This document shows, one piece after another, positions 27,638 to 41,997 of a stretch of 64,000 bases of DNA. Below the pieces are notes generated by a model. It made no database searches, was not told the DNA's origin, and saw only the letters and a list, made by a program, of their open reading frames with translations. Position numbers and translations under genes: made by a program. Numbering within the stretch: the first letter of the stretch is position 1; every line of letters begins with the position of its first letter. The stretch covers positions 221,030,001 through 221,094,000 of the forward strand of contig OZ024742.1 in assembly GCA_964016885.1 (NCBI GenBank). Direction: 5' to 3'. The DNA is from Eledone cirrhosa (Eukaryota).

Positions 27638-29090
27638 TCATCATCATCATCGTTTAACGTCTATCTTCCACGCTAGCATGGGTTAGACGGTTTTGTTTCA
27701 TTTTATGCGGGAATGGTCAGGAGACCGTGTCTCGCTCCCACAGAAGTGTCTCTGGCAGGTTTTTTTTACAGCTGGATGCTCTTCCTAACACCAACCACAT
27801 TGACACCTTGCTTACATTTAAGTAAGCAAGGTCAGTTTTTATCACCTCGTCCCAGGTTTTTCTTGGTCTACCCTCTTTGTAGCTTCCATCAATTTTCATT
27901 GCCCTGCACTTTTTTATACAGCTGTCGTCCTGCATACGCATCACATGCCCATACTAACGCAATCTCCTCTCCAGAACACAACATTTGATGCCTCTTATGC
28001 TTCGTCTCTCTCTTAATTTGTTTATGTTTCGCCTTTCTCGCACATTACTATTACACATTCATCGGAGCATGCAAGCTTCATTTCTTTCTAATCTACGCAG
28101 GTCTCACTACCATTTAATATTGCCGTCTGTATACATGCATCATACAATCTGTATACATGCATCATACAATTCATTTTTCGAGAAAAACCCCTTGTGGCCA
28201 ACAGCACTATAAGCTCTCTGAACTTTTTCCATCCCGCTCTAACTCTGGCTACTACTCTTTCAGAGCTCCGTCCACTGCTGATTTTGTCACCCAGGTAACG
28301 AAAAGTGTCTACTATTTCTATAGAACCCACTGGGCAGTTGAAAGAGATAACATTTAGTGGGTCCTTGCTACTTACTGCAGATGAGCATCAGCCACATATA
28401 AAATCTACATTCTTAGATAGCTTACCTGTTATCCCACTATATCTTTTATGTACCCATAGTTTGCATTTCGGGCATAGAATGGAGTTTCTACCTACTCCTT
28501 TCTTACACACTGAGCATGGTCATTTCCCAGAGGGTACCTGTACCCTATTCTCCTCCCTACATACTAGAACCTTAGTCTTAGACAAGTTGACTCTAAGGCC
28601 TTTTGATCCATGTTTGGAACTTCCTCTCTAGTTCAGCTATGAGAGTTAAATCATCTGATTTATAGAAGTTCCCATGGGCAGCCAGTCTTAAACCCTTCTG
28701 TAAAACAATAATAAATAGGAGGGGGCTAAGGACAGAGCCTTAGTGAACTCCTACTATTACACTAAATTCATCACTATATTCATTGTTAATTCTAACCTTG
28801 CTGACTGTTCCTCTATACATGGCTTGTATAGCTCTCACAAGCCATTCTTCCACTCCTAGCTTTCTAAGAGCCGACCAGATTAGCCTTCTCCAGGTCAACA
28901 AAAGCTAAGTAGAGGGGTTTACTGTTAGCTAGGTACTTCTCCTGTAATTGCCGTACAAGGAAAAGAGCATCCGTGGTACTTTTACCTTGCACAAAACCCA
29001 AACTGCATTTCATCTAGATCAATTTGGTTTCTAATCAGTTGAGTAATAACTCTTTCTGTGACTTTCATGACTTGGTCAACTAATTTAATG
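27636..29090 (-). mobile_element. Degraded RTE LINE copy (same family as 23740-26273)
   Basis: (CAT)n tail, 3' UTR and frameshifted RT pieces ([25 protein letters not shown]). Confidence 0.85.
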
Positions 29091-29099
29091 TGGGGAGAA

Positions 29100-29151
<52 letters not shown>

Positions 29152-29539
29152 GCTTACCTTAATTTATTTATTAAGCGGATTGGAATTTTCAGGATTCACT
29201 GCCCTTGGAACTCTTATACTATCAAGAATTTCCCCAGAAATACCCCATCACAATTTGGTAAACTGAATGAGTTTGGGTAATACCTCATTGAAAATTAAGT
29301 ATCTGCATATTATATATATATATAATTTGGTAGTAACATGTGCTTACGCCATATTTGACTAAATAGAATTAGTCTGTTATTTGGGATTTAAAAAAACCCT
29401 CTGAATGGAAAAAAAAGATGTGTATTGACATACATGGGACGCGAACCCACAATGTGTTACCATTACACCAACACACCACCCATGTTTCCTTCCATTCAAT
29501 TAGTGCTATGTAACCATATCAGGTATATATATATATATA

Positions 29540-29898
29540 TATGGTCCCTCATCATCTTTTCTGAGAGCTTCAGGGATCTGAGGTCAGCTCTCACCAGCTC
29601 CACCCATGGTTTTTTGTGATCATCCTCTACTGCATCTTCCTTCCACAGGGATTTCTTGGCACTTCTTCACCCAGCTGTCATCTTCCATGCACATCACATA
29701 GCCATAGCAATGCAGTTTTCTCTCCTGCACACTACAGTTTATCCCTCTTATACACAGCTTCTCCCTCAACTCGTTTATGCTTGGTCATTCACGCACATTG
29801 ACATTGCACATCCATCGGAGCATGCTTACTTAATTTCTCTGCAGCTGTCATGGCTGACAGCTCCTCTGTACATAGCTTGCAGTCTCTTCACAAGCCAT
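29540..29898 (-). mobile_element. RTE 3' coding fragment
   Basis: Similar to 51410-51630. Confidence 0.65.
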
Positions 29899-29951
29899 TC
29901 CTCAGATATGTTTTAACATGTAACTGCTCAGACGCGAATCTACGTGTTAAA

Positions 29952-30043
29952 ACATATCTGAGGAGCTTCCGATTCCAGAGTCAGGTTCGATCATTAATAG
30001 ATCGTTTCTCGAAATGATCGACAGTGAAACATATGTAATATGT
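29952..30043 (+). ncRNA. Type I hammerhead ribozyme motif with extended stem II
   Basis: ACATAT-CTGAGGA-GCT...[TCGATCATT/AATGATCGA]...AGT-GAAA-CATATG-TA-ATATGT. Predicted cleavage after A30037. Confidence 0.7.
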
Positions 30044-30776
30044 AATAATATGTATATGATGCAACACTGATTCTTTGTTTCCTTATATATTAATACTATA
30101 TATATATATATATATATATTTATATCACCATCATCATTGTCATTTTACATCCGCTTTCCCTGCTAACAAGGATTGGATGGGTCTATACATATATGAATAA
30201 GATCTACCTAAGGTTTCAAACTTCAACCAGCATAGGACATAGATATTCTACCACCACCATCACACCCACCCCACATACTACAATCCTCCTCATCACACCT
30301 ACACCACCTACCACCACCACCATCACACCTACTATCACCACCACAACCACCCAACCTACTACCACCACCGCACACATGATGACTAAATCTATAAAGTTCA
30401 AAGATCAATTTTCCAAACACTGATACAGAATCTGTAAATCTAATGCAAAACCTATTTATATTTCATTACACTTTCTTAATAAATTCTGCTATTTCTTAGT
30501 TTTACATTATATTGAACCAGGTGCAGACATGGCTGTGTGGTTAATGAGTTCACTTCACAACCATGTGGTCCTGGGTTCCATCTCACAGCATATCACTTTG
30601 GGAAAATCTCTTCTACTTAGCCTCAGGTCAACCATTGTCTGCAAATATTTTAATTCTTTAAAATGTGAGTTACAAACAGAGTAAGATGAATGAAGCCAGT
30701 CCAACTCTATACACAAACTGTATATTAGAACCAGATTAATATCAATGGTAATTTACGTATGCTCCGTATATATATA

Positions 30777-32081
30777 CAGAGTGTGGACGATATTTGTTCG
30801 CAATTTTCAACTGCTAATTTTCTGCAATTTTTTTTTACTTCCGTTGTCACTCTTGTCTTCATAAAAACAGTGACTATATTTCCATTATTTATTTTCAGAA
30901 TAATTGATTATCAATAATTTTGAACCTCCAAATTTGTGGAAGAGACACAGAGATCTTCTTGGAATCCGCACCGGGAGGACAAATAAGGAAATTTCAGATT
31001 TTCTCAGCGTCAGCAGGAGAATGGTGGAAAAGGTCAGAAAGGAATTGGAAGATTCAGGATTCGACTACGAAGCAACATCAGAGAGGAAAACACATGATCG
31101 ACGATCTGAAGCCTTCAGAACGCTCGAGTTCGTCGCTGAAGTTCAGGATATCATCAACAATGAACCTAGCAAGTCGATGCGTGCCATTGCAAGGGAGAAA
31201 GGCGTGGATGAAAAGCTCATTAGGCTGGTGGTACATGAAGACATTCGCTATGTTTCATACAAGATGAGGAAAGGACAATTTCTGTCAAAGGCGATGCAAG
31301 AAAAGCGACTGAAGCACGCAAAGAAGCTGATCAACAAGTTGAAACACCCACTGGAGCCAGACATGCTGTGGTTTTTCTCCGACGAGAAAAACTTCTGCCA
31401 AGACCAGAAGATCAACTCTCAGAACAACAGGTGGCTCGCTGTCTCATCCAAAGACATGCCCAGAGTCATGCAGACAAAGTTTCCAGTGACAACATTGGTC
31501 TTAGGTGTCGTCAGCAGTCAAGGTGACGTCATGCCACCTCGCTTCTTCCCTGAGGGCCTCAAGCTGAACACCGATGGCTACATCCGCATTCTGAGCGAGG
31601 TAGTAAAGCCCTGGATCAACCAGGTAGCTGCAGGTAGGCTGTACGTGTGGCAGCAAGACTCAGCGCCCTGCCATACCAGCCGAAAGACCCAAGCCTGGCT
31701 GTTAGAGAACTTCGTCGACCACACTTCACCTGACACTGGCCTCCCAGCTCGCCTGACTGCAACCCCCTCGACTTCTTTGTGTGGGGCGCAGTGGAACGAG
31801 ACACCAACAGATCTAGCTGCAATACAAAAGACGATCTGAAGGCCAGGATCACAAGTGCCTTTAGGGGTCTAAGTCGGGGGACAGTGACAAAGGCCTGTAG
31901 TCGGTTCCGAGGCCGCCTTGAGGCCGTCATCAAAGCCAATGGCGGGTTTATCGAGTGAGATCGAAAGAACAAGTCATGAAGACAACTGACCCAAGTTTGA
32001 TAAATATATCTTAAAAAATAAAACTACTGTGTTATTTTTTCCTAGACAGTAATCTTGCAAACAAATATCATCCGCACCCTG
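30777..32081 (+). mobile_element. Full-length Tc1/mariner superfamily transposon, DD37D (maT/mori) type
   Basis: TA|CAGAGTGTGGACGATATTTGTTCGCAA ... TTGCAAACAAATATCATCCGCACCCTG|TA, i.e. TIRs with a TA TSD. Confidence 0.92.
30904..31958 (+). pseudogene. DD37D transposase with a single frameshift near 31735
   Basis: FFSDEK and WQQDSAPCH, then in the shifted frame WPPSSPDCNPLDFFVWG...RLEAVIKANGGFIE*. There are 37 residues between the 2nd and 3rd D once the frame is restored. Confidence 0.88.
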
Positions 32082-32089
32082 TAAATACT

Positions 32090-32292
32090 GTAAAGTGGAC
32101 ATGTAGGTGTCATGACAAATAGCACCCAGCCCACACTTTAAATGTGGTTGGCATCAGAAAGGGCATCTAACGGTAGAAATCAAGCCAGAAACAGTTCTGT
32201 ATGAGCAAGATATGGTAACCTGACCCAACCCATCTAACCCATGCTAGTGTGGAAAATAGATGTTAAATGATGATGATGATGATGGTAATGAT
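32090..32292 (+). mobile_element. RTE 3'-UTR-only short copy with (GAT)n tail
   Basis: GGTTGG..AGRAAGGGCATC..AACCCATGCTAG..GTTAAA(TGA)n. Similar copies at 22932-23200, 33530-33797, 34655-34853, 49907-50070, 56790-56930 and 61660-61822. Confidence 0.75.
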
Positions 32293-35079
32293 GATATAAA
32301 TATATATATTCAGTTTATGTAAAATGCTGACCTGCTTGCTATCGCTTCTTAAATAATTTCCATTCCTGCAAATCTAACAACAAATATTATTCTAACTTTT
32401 ATGTCAACTATATTTTACAAAACAAAGTTACACAATGGAAATATGAAAAAGAAAAACAAAAACAACATTTTTCCCAAAAACCTGCTCTTATTCAACTACT
32501 CCATCCCCCACTTATTAAATTTTGCTAATCTATTTTCGGTGAAATTTTATTTTAAGTGGTAGCATTCCTGCAACAATTAATTTTCTTTATACATTAAAAA
32601 ACATTATTCCTGACAAAAAAATTACATTACTAGAAATCCTATACGTTATAAAGTAAAGTAGGATGGGTTGGGGTCTAGAAAAATTACCGATCCCCCCTCA
32701 TTATTTGGGACCCGAGAGTAGATAATAAACTACTTGGTGTATTTCAGTGACTGCTTTTCCAACTCTTTGTTTTCTGACAATACCTATGACAAGACTGATA
32801 ACAATGTGTTTGGTTCTTGCCTTCCTAATGGAGAACGACTCCTTCAAGAGTTAAGCCCTCACTGGAGGAAGGATATCTATGACTACATTACTAAACTGCC
32901 TGAAACAATTTGTGTTAATATATTCATATTTAAATTAAAATCTTACACCATAATGTTAGTTATGTTCCAAATGCTATGTCAAGGGATACAAAAGGTAGTT
33001 ATTTCATTAAATCCCTCCAAATTCTTGTTAATTTTTAAAATAAATTGCAACACAATGTATTTTGATAAAAAGGGCTAAGTGATTTTTTTTGTTTCGGTTT
33101 TTATTTTATTTTATATTTTTTTTTTTTATTTGTGAAAATAAAAACAAAATGCCAAATTTCTAAAACCAAAGAAGTAATACATGACAAATTAGGCAAGGAA
33201 TGGTAATACAACTTCATTGATGATGATGATGTCTGACAGGTAATTATTGGATTTTCATAGGATGCATCAGAAAATGCATATGATGATTTGTTAATGATAT
33301 ACAGGTGAAATGAAATCTACTCAAGTTAACCCTTTCATGATTGCCTTTCTAATGAAATACATTCTATTTTAATCAATTAATGAAGAATTATGAGGTATTT
33401 ACTAAAAGTATTAATTATTTCATTACTAAGATAGTAACTTAATGTAAGGTTCTTATATAAAATTATGTTGGAAGATTTAAATTGAAATTAGAAACCTTTA
33501 AAATGGGTGGTTTTATTTCATAGAACCAATCCACACTGTAAAGTGATCATGTTGGTGTCACAACAAAAAACATCCAGCTCACACTGTAAAGTGGTCATGT
33601 TGGTATCATAACAAAAAGCATCCAGTCCACACTGTAAATGTGGTTGGCATTAGGAAGGGCATCTAGCCATAAAAACCAAACCAGAAACAGTTTTGTATGA
33701 GCAAGACACAGTCACCTGATCTGACGACTTACCTCAAATGAGACCTGTCTAACCCATGCTAGCATGGCAAATAGACATTACATGACAACGATGATGAGAC
33801 TTCAAAGAATATAGTTTGTTCTAACTTTATAACTTCAAATATTGATCAAAATTAATTTTGCTGTTTATAATATTGTTATTGAGGTAGGTAGAATCCTTGA
33901 ACATTAATACAACCTACTTTCAGAGAATATCATTTTTTTACAACTTCATAACATTGGTTTAACCATTAACGTCCAGTGAAGGACATGGACTCTGCCTCAA
34001 GATATCAGGCTGTGAAAGTCATGGACACAGTCTTTTCCTCAATACATCAGTCTCAGAGGGTATGTGACGACCATAGACACTATCCCTTCCTCCAGACATC
34101 AATCTCTCAGGTGTCAGAGGGTCTGTGAAAGTCATGGACATTGTCCCTTCCTCCAGACATCGCTTTCAGAGTTTGCTTGGTCTATAGAAAAGACATACTG
34201 CTAATTCTTTTCAATCTTATATCATCTCCTCTGTGCTACCTAACATTATATCATGTATTGTAAATATTTCTATTTACTCTAACTACAAAACAGTTCAGAA
34301 AATTTATTTTAAAATACCTCTCCAGGTTTCAAAGCTGATTTCTTCTAGAGAGAAAGAGAGTGGAAGAGAAGAGGAATCAACCCCAGTACTGGACTGGTTC
34401 TTTACCACCTTCAAAAGAATAGTAGGCAAAGTTGTCCTCGATAGGATTTGAATTCAGAGTACTAGAATAAATACTGCAAAGGATTTTGTCTGATGCCCTA
34501 ACAACTTTGCCAATTCACCACCTTTAGATGGTCAACCAGTTCAATTTAAGATTAAGTATGTATTTGATATACTAATTCTGATGGCAACAGTTATATCTTT
34601 ATATTAACGATGGAAAAACGATGTTGTCATTACTGAGTCACCTGTTCAGAATATAGCACCCAGCACACACTGTAAACTGATCGTGTAGGTGTCATGACAA
34701 AAAGCACCCAGTATACACTGTAAATATGGTTGGCGTTAGGAAGGGCATCCGGCTTGGCAATACACGGTCCTCCAACCAGGATGTCTCACAACGGCACAGC
34801 ACATCTTACCAATGCCAATGGGGGAAATGAACGTTAAACGATGATGATGATGATAATGGTTCTCTGCTAAAGCTTGAAAACAAAGACAAATACAGACAGT
34901 TTAGCAGATATTCAACAAACCATTTTACTAAACAAAGCAAATAGACATCATTTCTGTACACTTATCCCTGTTGCTATCGACTGGACAAGTCAGTACGTAA
35001 TGGAGCTACTGTACACCAAGATGGACGGCTATTTGCTTCGCCTGTGTTTCTATTTTTTTTATTTAAGAGATCTATCGGT

Positions 35080-35400
35080 AAACTACAGTTTTCAGTCTGT
35101 AATATTTGAGACGTTCTGACGAGCTGGGCCACTGACAACGAGGTTTTTTTTATCATAATTGGCGGCTCGCTTTACTAAAGTATCAGGTGATGCTCTTGGT
35201 GAGGGTTCTTGGCTATTCTAGCATCTAAAGCTCGCAATCACCTATAGCAATGTAGAGTGTCTTGGATTGTCTCTTGGCGGCTCGCCTTTCTGAGGTGAGA
35301 GGCGATGCCCGTGTGGGTGCCTGGTTGTTTCGGCGCCTTAGCCTCGCCATCACCCATGGTAATGCTGCGAGTGTATTGGCTCGCCTCAAAATATTCCGAT
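35080..35400 (+). mobile_element. CRE-like non-LTR retrotransposon 3' fragment
   Basis: Translates to FQSVIFETF...LAARF...RLSLAITHGNAASVL, typical of a CRE-clade C-terminus. Confidence 0.55.
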
Positions 35401-36989
35401 GACCCTTGTGATATGTGACTGATTGTTGCACTTGGTGGTGAATTGATGGTCGTTTTCGTTTTTTGCTTTCCCCTCCCCTCACTTTTTTTCTCTTCTTTCT
35501 CTCTCTCTGGTCACATATTTTGTACATTTTTGTAGGGTTCCAAGCAACGGTTAATTATATTTGTTATATGTGTTTATATTTGTGTCTCTCTGCCTTTCAT
35601 CCTTACGGGGTCGATAAAATAAAGTACCAGTAATGCACTGAGATAATTGCTGGCCTTGTCCCAAATGAAGAAACAATTATATTTGTAATGTTATGCATAT
35701 ATTTAAAACTTAGTAAAATACACAATTCTTTAGACAGAAACAACATTCCTCGCTATAACGTGTAATAGAGTGTACATGTCTCTCGTTTTATCTTTTCTTC
35801 GCAGATGAATTTACATTGATTTATTTATTTCGTAAATCATATTTATTATAAATTGTGTTTATATGTACAGGGTGTTTTAATAAAATCGACCGATTTATGT
35901 ATTCTTACATTTAATAACACTGTGTAAAATGTCACTTTGTTTATCTAAGTTATATCGTTTCCAGATATCCCTGTATAAAGTTTCTGTAGATATCGGTTAG
36001 ATAAAAATAATATTATTTAACACATGCAACAACCATGAAATATTAGATAAAAATACATGTCAACGTGTATTTAGTGCAGGTAGAAACTCGTTGTGCATGC
36101 CATTCGATAAAACATGATCGATAAAATAAGTGCCAGGATTGAAAAAATAATTAAGTACTAGGGTCGATATGATCGACTATCCCAGCATGGCCGCAGTCTA
36201 ATGACTGAAACCAGTAGAGTGAATTTAATATTAACACGCCTCGACCTAGTCGCAGAGTCTGTTACCCTCTCACATTCTCCTTCTCCCGTTGCCTAAAAGT
36301 CCTTGCTCTTTCCCTCCTTTTCTTCACATGCATGGTATTTATATCCTTTCCTCCACTTTCCTATACAACCAAATCTGCCCTTCTTTACCCTTTTCTCCTT
36401 GTTTTTTCATCACTTCATTTTGTTTTTATCTTTCGTTTTTCTTTCTATATTTCCATCATTGTATAACTTCTGTTTGTAAAATACAGTTGACATAATATAT
36501 GTATAACAGATATCAAAATAAAATTAATTAATTTAAAAAAAACCCCATTAATTACATATTTCAGAGATAGCAGAGCAATAGCACATACAATTTTTTTCCT
36601 CGCCCGATTTTTATGTAAACCCTTTATGTATTTTTTTTAATACATTATTATTTTTATTCACAGTTGTATAAATAACATTACAAATTGTTCACAATTCCTT
36701 CATAAAATAAACACAAATACAAACATATAATAAATACAACTACTGCTAGGTACCTTACAACTTGTCGTGCACCTGAGCACTGTACACAATCATTTTCATT
36801 ATTATTATTTTTTTTTTTAAATACAACGCACCAAAATATATGATCAAAGCGACCTTTCTTTTGTATATATTATATTTGTTTGTGTTTTCGTTCTGTAAGC
36901 ATTATATTATTATATTCTTTTTTTAACTGTAAACAAAACAAATTATTTCATAAAAACAAAAACGACCATCAATACACCACCAAATGCGA

Positions 36990-37220
36990 CAATCGACTCT
37001 ACACCAAGCCAACACACTAGCAGCATTACCACAGATGATGGCGAGGCTAAGGCCTGAAACAACCGGGCACCCTCACGGGCATCACCTAACACCTCAATAA
37101 GGCGAGCCGCCAACGATGACAAGAACGTCGCTGTCAGAGGCCCAACTCCACCAAACGTCTCGAATATGTCAGGCTCGAAAAAAACGATTGTTTGTTTTGA
37201 TAATGTCCCCTCATTCAGCA
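36990..37220 (-). mobile_element. CRE-like 3' fragment
   Basis: FETFGGVGPLTATFLSSLAARLIEVLGDAREGARLFQ...GNAASVL. A third piece lies at about 41590-41735. Confidence 0.6.
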
Positions 37221-38392
37221 CCCTTGTAGTAAATAAAAGATATTAAAATTGCTGGCCTTGTGCCTAAATCAGAAACCATTATTATTCATCTTACCGAGGT
37301 TAATAAATGTATGTACCAGTCCAGTACTGGTATCGGTATAATCTACTTTTCTCTCCTGCCCTCCCCATCAACACCAATGTACCTAAATTAGAGATAATTA
37401 TTATTATAAATACATGTTAACAGGTTTATGGTACTAACGTCGTTTTATATAACTCAACCGAGTGGTAAACATCTATTTTTGCCGCTGTGAATCATTCACG
37501 AGTTCTTATTTACGAAGGTAAATCAATCATTCACATCACTTGTTTTTGAATAGAAATATTCATTGAACGGTGCATTGAAGAATATCGATTCATTCAGGTT
37601 TAGACCAAATATATTTCACAGCGGCATTTTGAATTACTAATTATCACCGTAAAAAGAAAGTATGCCACTTTTCAGATGTACGAAAGACAACGAATGTAAC
37701 ATAAACAAATAATATATAATTCAATAGATAATTAATAAATAATGTATACACCCCGTATTCTTTCTCATTTGTATTGATTTGTTGCTTAAGTATTATACAA
37801 TTTGTGTTGATATGTCAATAATAACAATTTGTGTTAATATGTTCATAATAAAAAAAAACCCAAACTAACACATATTTACTCAATAAACAATTGCTTCGAT
37901 GTATAAATAAATTTCTTAAACACTTCTAGGAAAAACAATTTATTCTGATTACAGGTGTTGGATTTTAAAAAAACACCATTTTAATTTGCTAGGTTATTTG
38001 AATATTACATTAATATGTATTTATCAATTACGTAATTCTTACACGATAAAACATTCAGGCGGTTTGTGTGTGTGTGTTGAAGGAGCGGACTGGGTAGTAA
38101 AAACACACCATTCAATACAAATCAGCGGACACACTTGGCTAGCGATGTTTAGCTACGGTTGATACACACTTCAACAGCATTCTAATAAATATGTGTATAC
38201 ATTTTTGGGAACACCTTGTATATATTATTTGATAAACAAAATACTTCAGATGATTTTAAACGAATGAAAGAGTTCTAAGCCTGTAGAAGTCAACTCTATA
38301 TCAAATAAGTGCCCCTTCTCTATTTAATGTATTGTGTACCCTATTTAAATGTAGCTCCTTTCTAATCATCTCTTCAGAAAACCATTCTTTAA

Positions 38393-38908
38393 GTATATAT
38401 ATATATAATATATATATATATATATACAATATATATATATATATATATACAATATACAATATATATATATATATACAATATATATATATATATATATACA
38501 ATATATATATATATATATATACAATATACAATATATATATATATATACAATATATATATATATATATATACAATATATATATATATATACAATATATATA
38601 TATATATACAATATACAATATATATATATATATACAATATATATATATATATACAATATATATATATATATATACAATATATATATATATATACAATATA
38701 TATATATATATACAATATATATATATATATATACAATATACAATATATATATATATATACAATATATATATATATATACAATATATGTATATATATATAT
38801 ACAATATATATATATATATACAATATATATATATATATACAATATACATATATATATATACAATATATATATATATATATATATACAATATATATACATA
38901 TATATACA

Positions 38909-38940
<32 letters not shown>

Positions 38941-38961
38941 CAATATATATATATATATACA

Positions 38962-38988
<27 letters not shown>
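38393..38988. repeat. (TA)n microsatellite interrupted by CAA
   Basis: Visible. Confidence 0.95.
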
Positions 38989-38993
<5 letters not shown>

Positions 38994-39496
38994 GCGGCAA
39001 CAAGGTGTAATTTCAGTGATATAACAAAGAAATATATATTCTGCTTTAGTATTGAGCACATTTTCTTGGTGTTTGCTAATCTAAATGTACGCGCACACAC
39101 ACATATATATACAATGTATGTGCATATATATATATACACACACATATATACAGGTGTGTGTGTCCAGCGAGGGTGGCCAGAATTAAAGAAGTAATCACCA
39201 GCTAAGCTATCAGATTGTGACATGTCAAAGACATACAAACATGATTATAATTAAATGAATTTACATCAAGGATTTGTTTTGGGTTTTTGTTATTTTCATC
39301 CAGTATGACGAACAAATTATTGATTCTTATACGTGAATAGAATAACGCAAAGTTGCAAATTGCACATACACATATGAATGTTTATGAGTGTGTGTGTGTA
39401 TGTATGTGTGTATGTATGTGTGTGTGCATATAAATATAAGCATGTACATGTGTGTAAACATGCTAAAAACAGCACAGTATTTCCCCCATAATAATA

Positions 39497-39642
39497 TAGT
39501 GAAATTCCGTTATAGCGAAATTCACAGGGTCTAAAAAAAATCGTTGTAACGAAAAATTCTTTATAACGAGATGGAGCGTGTGGCCAGGGATTGAAAAAAG
39601 TTTCGTTTTACTGAAAAATTCGTTATAACGGAATTTTACCTG
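39497..39642. mobile_element. Small MITE (pogo/Tigger-like termini)
   Basis: TAGTGAAATTCCGTTATAGCGAA ... TTCGTTATAACGGAATTTTACCTG inverted ends in a TA context. Confidence 0.65.
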
Positions 39643-40356
39643 TATATATATCATATTGTGTCCTTTACAAAACATCACAGAGACGTTATGTAATCGTATA
39701 TAGATGGAACAGAACAGTGAAAGAATCAACCTACTATTCTAGGTCATCAACACACACAGAGATAAGACATGCACACAGAAGCTATACATAATGTTACTTT
39801 ACCTGTTCATGTTACTATCCATATTATTTCTGTTCTAACATAAAATATCCTGCAGCTCTATCAAATTAAGGTGTCAACTGGGCGCAGCCATATTTGTTTA
39901 CTGAGATTTAAATAATTAAAGAGCTACCCACCCTCACTTCCGCTATGGTTACCTTAGCAACTGAAATATCTCTCATGATGCTTTCAACATCTCCAATTTA
40001 TTTTTCTATCTATATCATACGGGATCTCATTAAATATTCTCTGGTGCCGGTTTGCTTTTCAGATTGTAAATTATGTTACTTTTCATGACTCCATGCTACT
40101 ATTTCGACTACTTGTTACTTTGAAATTGTTATGTTTAAAGGTAAGAATCGTAATTATCAAATCCCCTACCCCGATAATGTACTATTACACCCATCTCGGA
40201 GAAGGGTGTAATAGTAATTTTTAAGAGTAGTTAGTTGATAGGTTCTGTTAGAATTTTGAAGGTGAAATTTCTGTTTTTTCCTGTGATTTTTTATGTATTT
40301 TTAAATGAATATCTGATTTACCCACCCGAGAACTCCATTACACCCCTCACCACGAC

Positions 40357-40878
40357 GGGTATAATAATTGTTTCTACTTTTGGCACAAGGCCAGCAATTA
40401 TCCCAGTGTATTACTAGTACTTTATTTTATCGACCCCGTAAGGATGAAAGTCAAAGTTAACCTCGACGGGATTTGAACTCAGACCATAAAGAGCCGTAAC
40501 TCTTTGCTGCAAAGAATGGCGTCCGACCCTCTACCGATATTGCCAATCCACCAGGGTATAATAATTGTTTCTACTTTTGGCACAAGACCAGCAATTACCC
40601 AGTGCATTACTGGTACTTTATTTTATCGACCCCGTAAGTATGAAAGGCAAAGTGAACCTCGGCGGGATTTGAACTCAGACCGTAGAGGGACGTAACTATG
40701 CTGGAAAGCATGGCGTCCGACCCTCTACTGATACTGCCAATCCACCACCAGAGTATAATAATTGTTTCTACTTTTGGCACAAGGCCAGCAATCCATCAGT
40801 ACATTACTGGTACTTTATTTTATCGACCCCGTAAGGATGAAAAGCAAAGTTAACCTTGGCGGGATAGGGTATAATAAT
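40357..40878 (-). mobile_element. Tandem array of three family A SINEs (third 5'-truncated)
   Basis: Units are separated and flanked by GRGTATAATAAT. Confidence 0.85.
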
Positions 40879-41997
40879 AAAACTTTACCCGAACTTTTTT
40901 ATTTGGACTTCTTACTACTTTGAAATTTTAATTTCTAACGGCAAAACTCCAAACTAATATCATAGCCACCCAATTCAAGAGGCAGTCGATGGGGAGAGAG
41001 ATACCCGATAGTTTTATCTTTTGTTCGTTGGTCAGATATGAAACGAAGTTTATTTGTTGTGGAAGAAATAACGAACATGACAAATACCAACAATAAAAGG
41101 GGGGAAATACAACTACTTCGAATCGTAAATACAATCGTTGATTATAGTGTTCAATAAGGCTTCTACGTATGCGAGGAGTCTCTTTATTTACCGTGGGATG
41201 TTCTGTTAAAAAGTGACAAGCTGTAGTCAGACAGTTATATAGCCAGCAGAGGTAGTATTAAACTTGCTATATGGACAAGGTGTGTTGTACAGACGAAATG
41301 ACAGAGAACTGGGTGATGCTAGAGCCACACGGCAGCGTATTTATAAATCCCCTGCCAGTTACTTTACCGATAGATAACAAATGGCCCTAGATGTTCTTAA
41401 ATACAATTGGCACCGTAAATCCTTCCGTCGGGGTAATTTATCTTTTGTCGTCCCTGCTCATTCTCACCTAGACGTTATAAAGGAGGTGGGGATCACTGCA
41501 TCCATAACCGAACTAAATAAATCACTGAAATACTATCGGTAAACTACCAGAAACTACATTATACAATTTGTGACATAAGATGTTTAAGGGAGCCCCTGTA
41601 AACGAGGTTTTTGTCATTGTTGGCTACTTGTCTCACCAAAATATTTGGTGATGCTCGTGAAGGTGTTTGGCTATTCCGTTAATATAGCCTCGCTGCCACC
41701 CACAATAATGCTGTTAGTGTCTAAACTTGCCTCAAACGGTTTTAGACAACACTAGCCCCCTCACCCCTCGTGATCGAGTGTAATGTGCAATGTACATGCT
41801 TTTTTGTTGTTCTACTTCTGACTCACTTTTATTGATTTGCTTCTTTTGTAAATTATATTTGGAGCGGACATTTGAGAAGACTGTGTGTTCGTTTCACGGG
41901 GTCACCAGTTGTAGCAGATAATTTGATATTCTTTGTATGGTAGTTTGATGAAAAGAATAATGCCATGATTGAGTTGTTAACAACGTTTATTTATTAA

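Noticed and set aside
32734-33078. 114-aa ORF as a possible exon
   Set aside because: No recognisable homology, no convincing donor, and the phase is incompatible with the 19620 donor.
41055-41575. Possible solo LTR (also 48730-49140)
   Set aside because: TATA-like and AATAAA-like motifs are present, but no matching TSD or second LTR was found.
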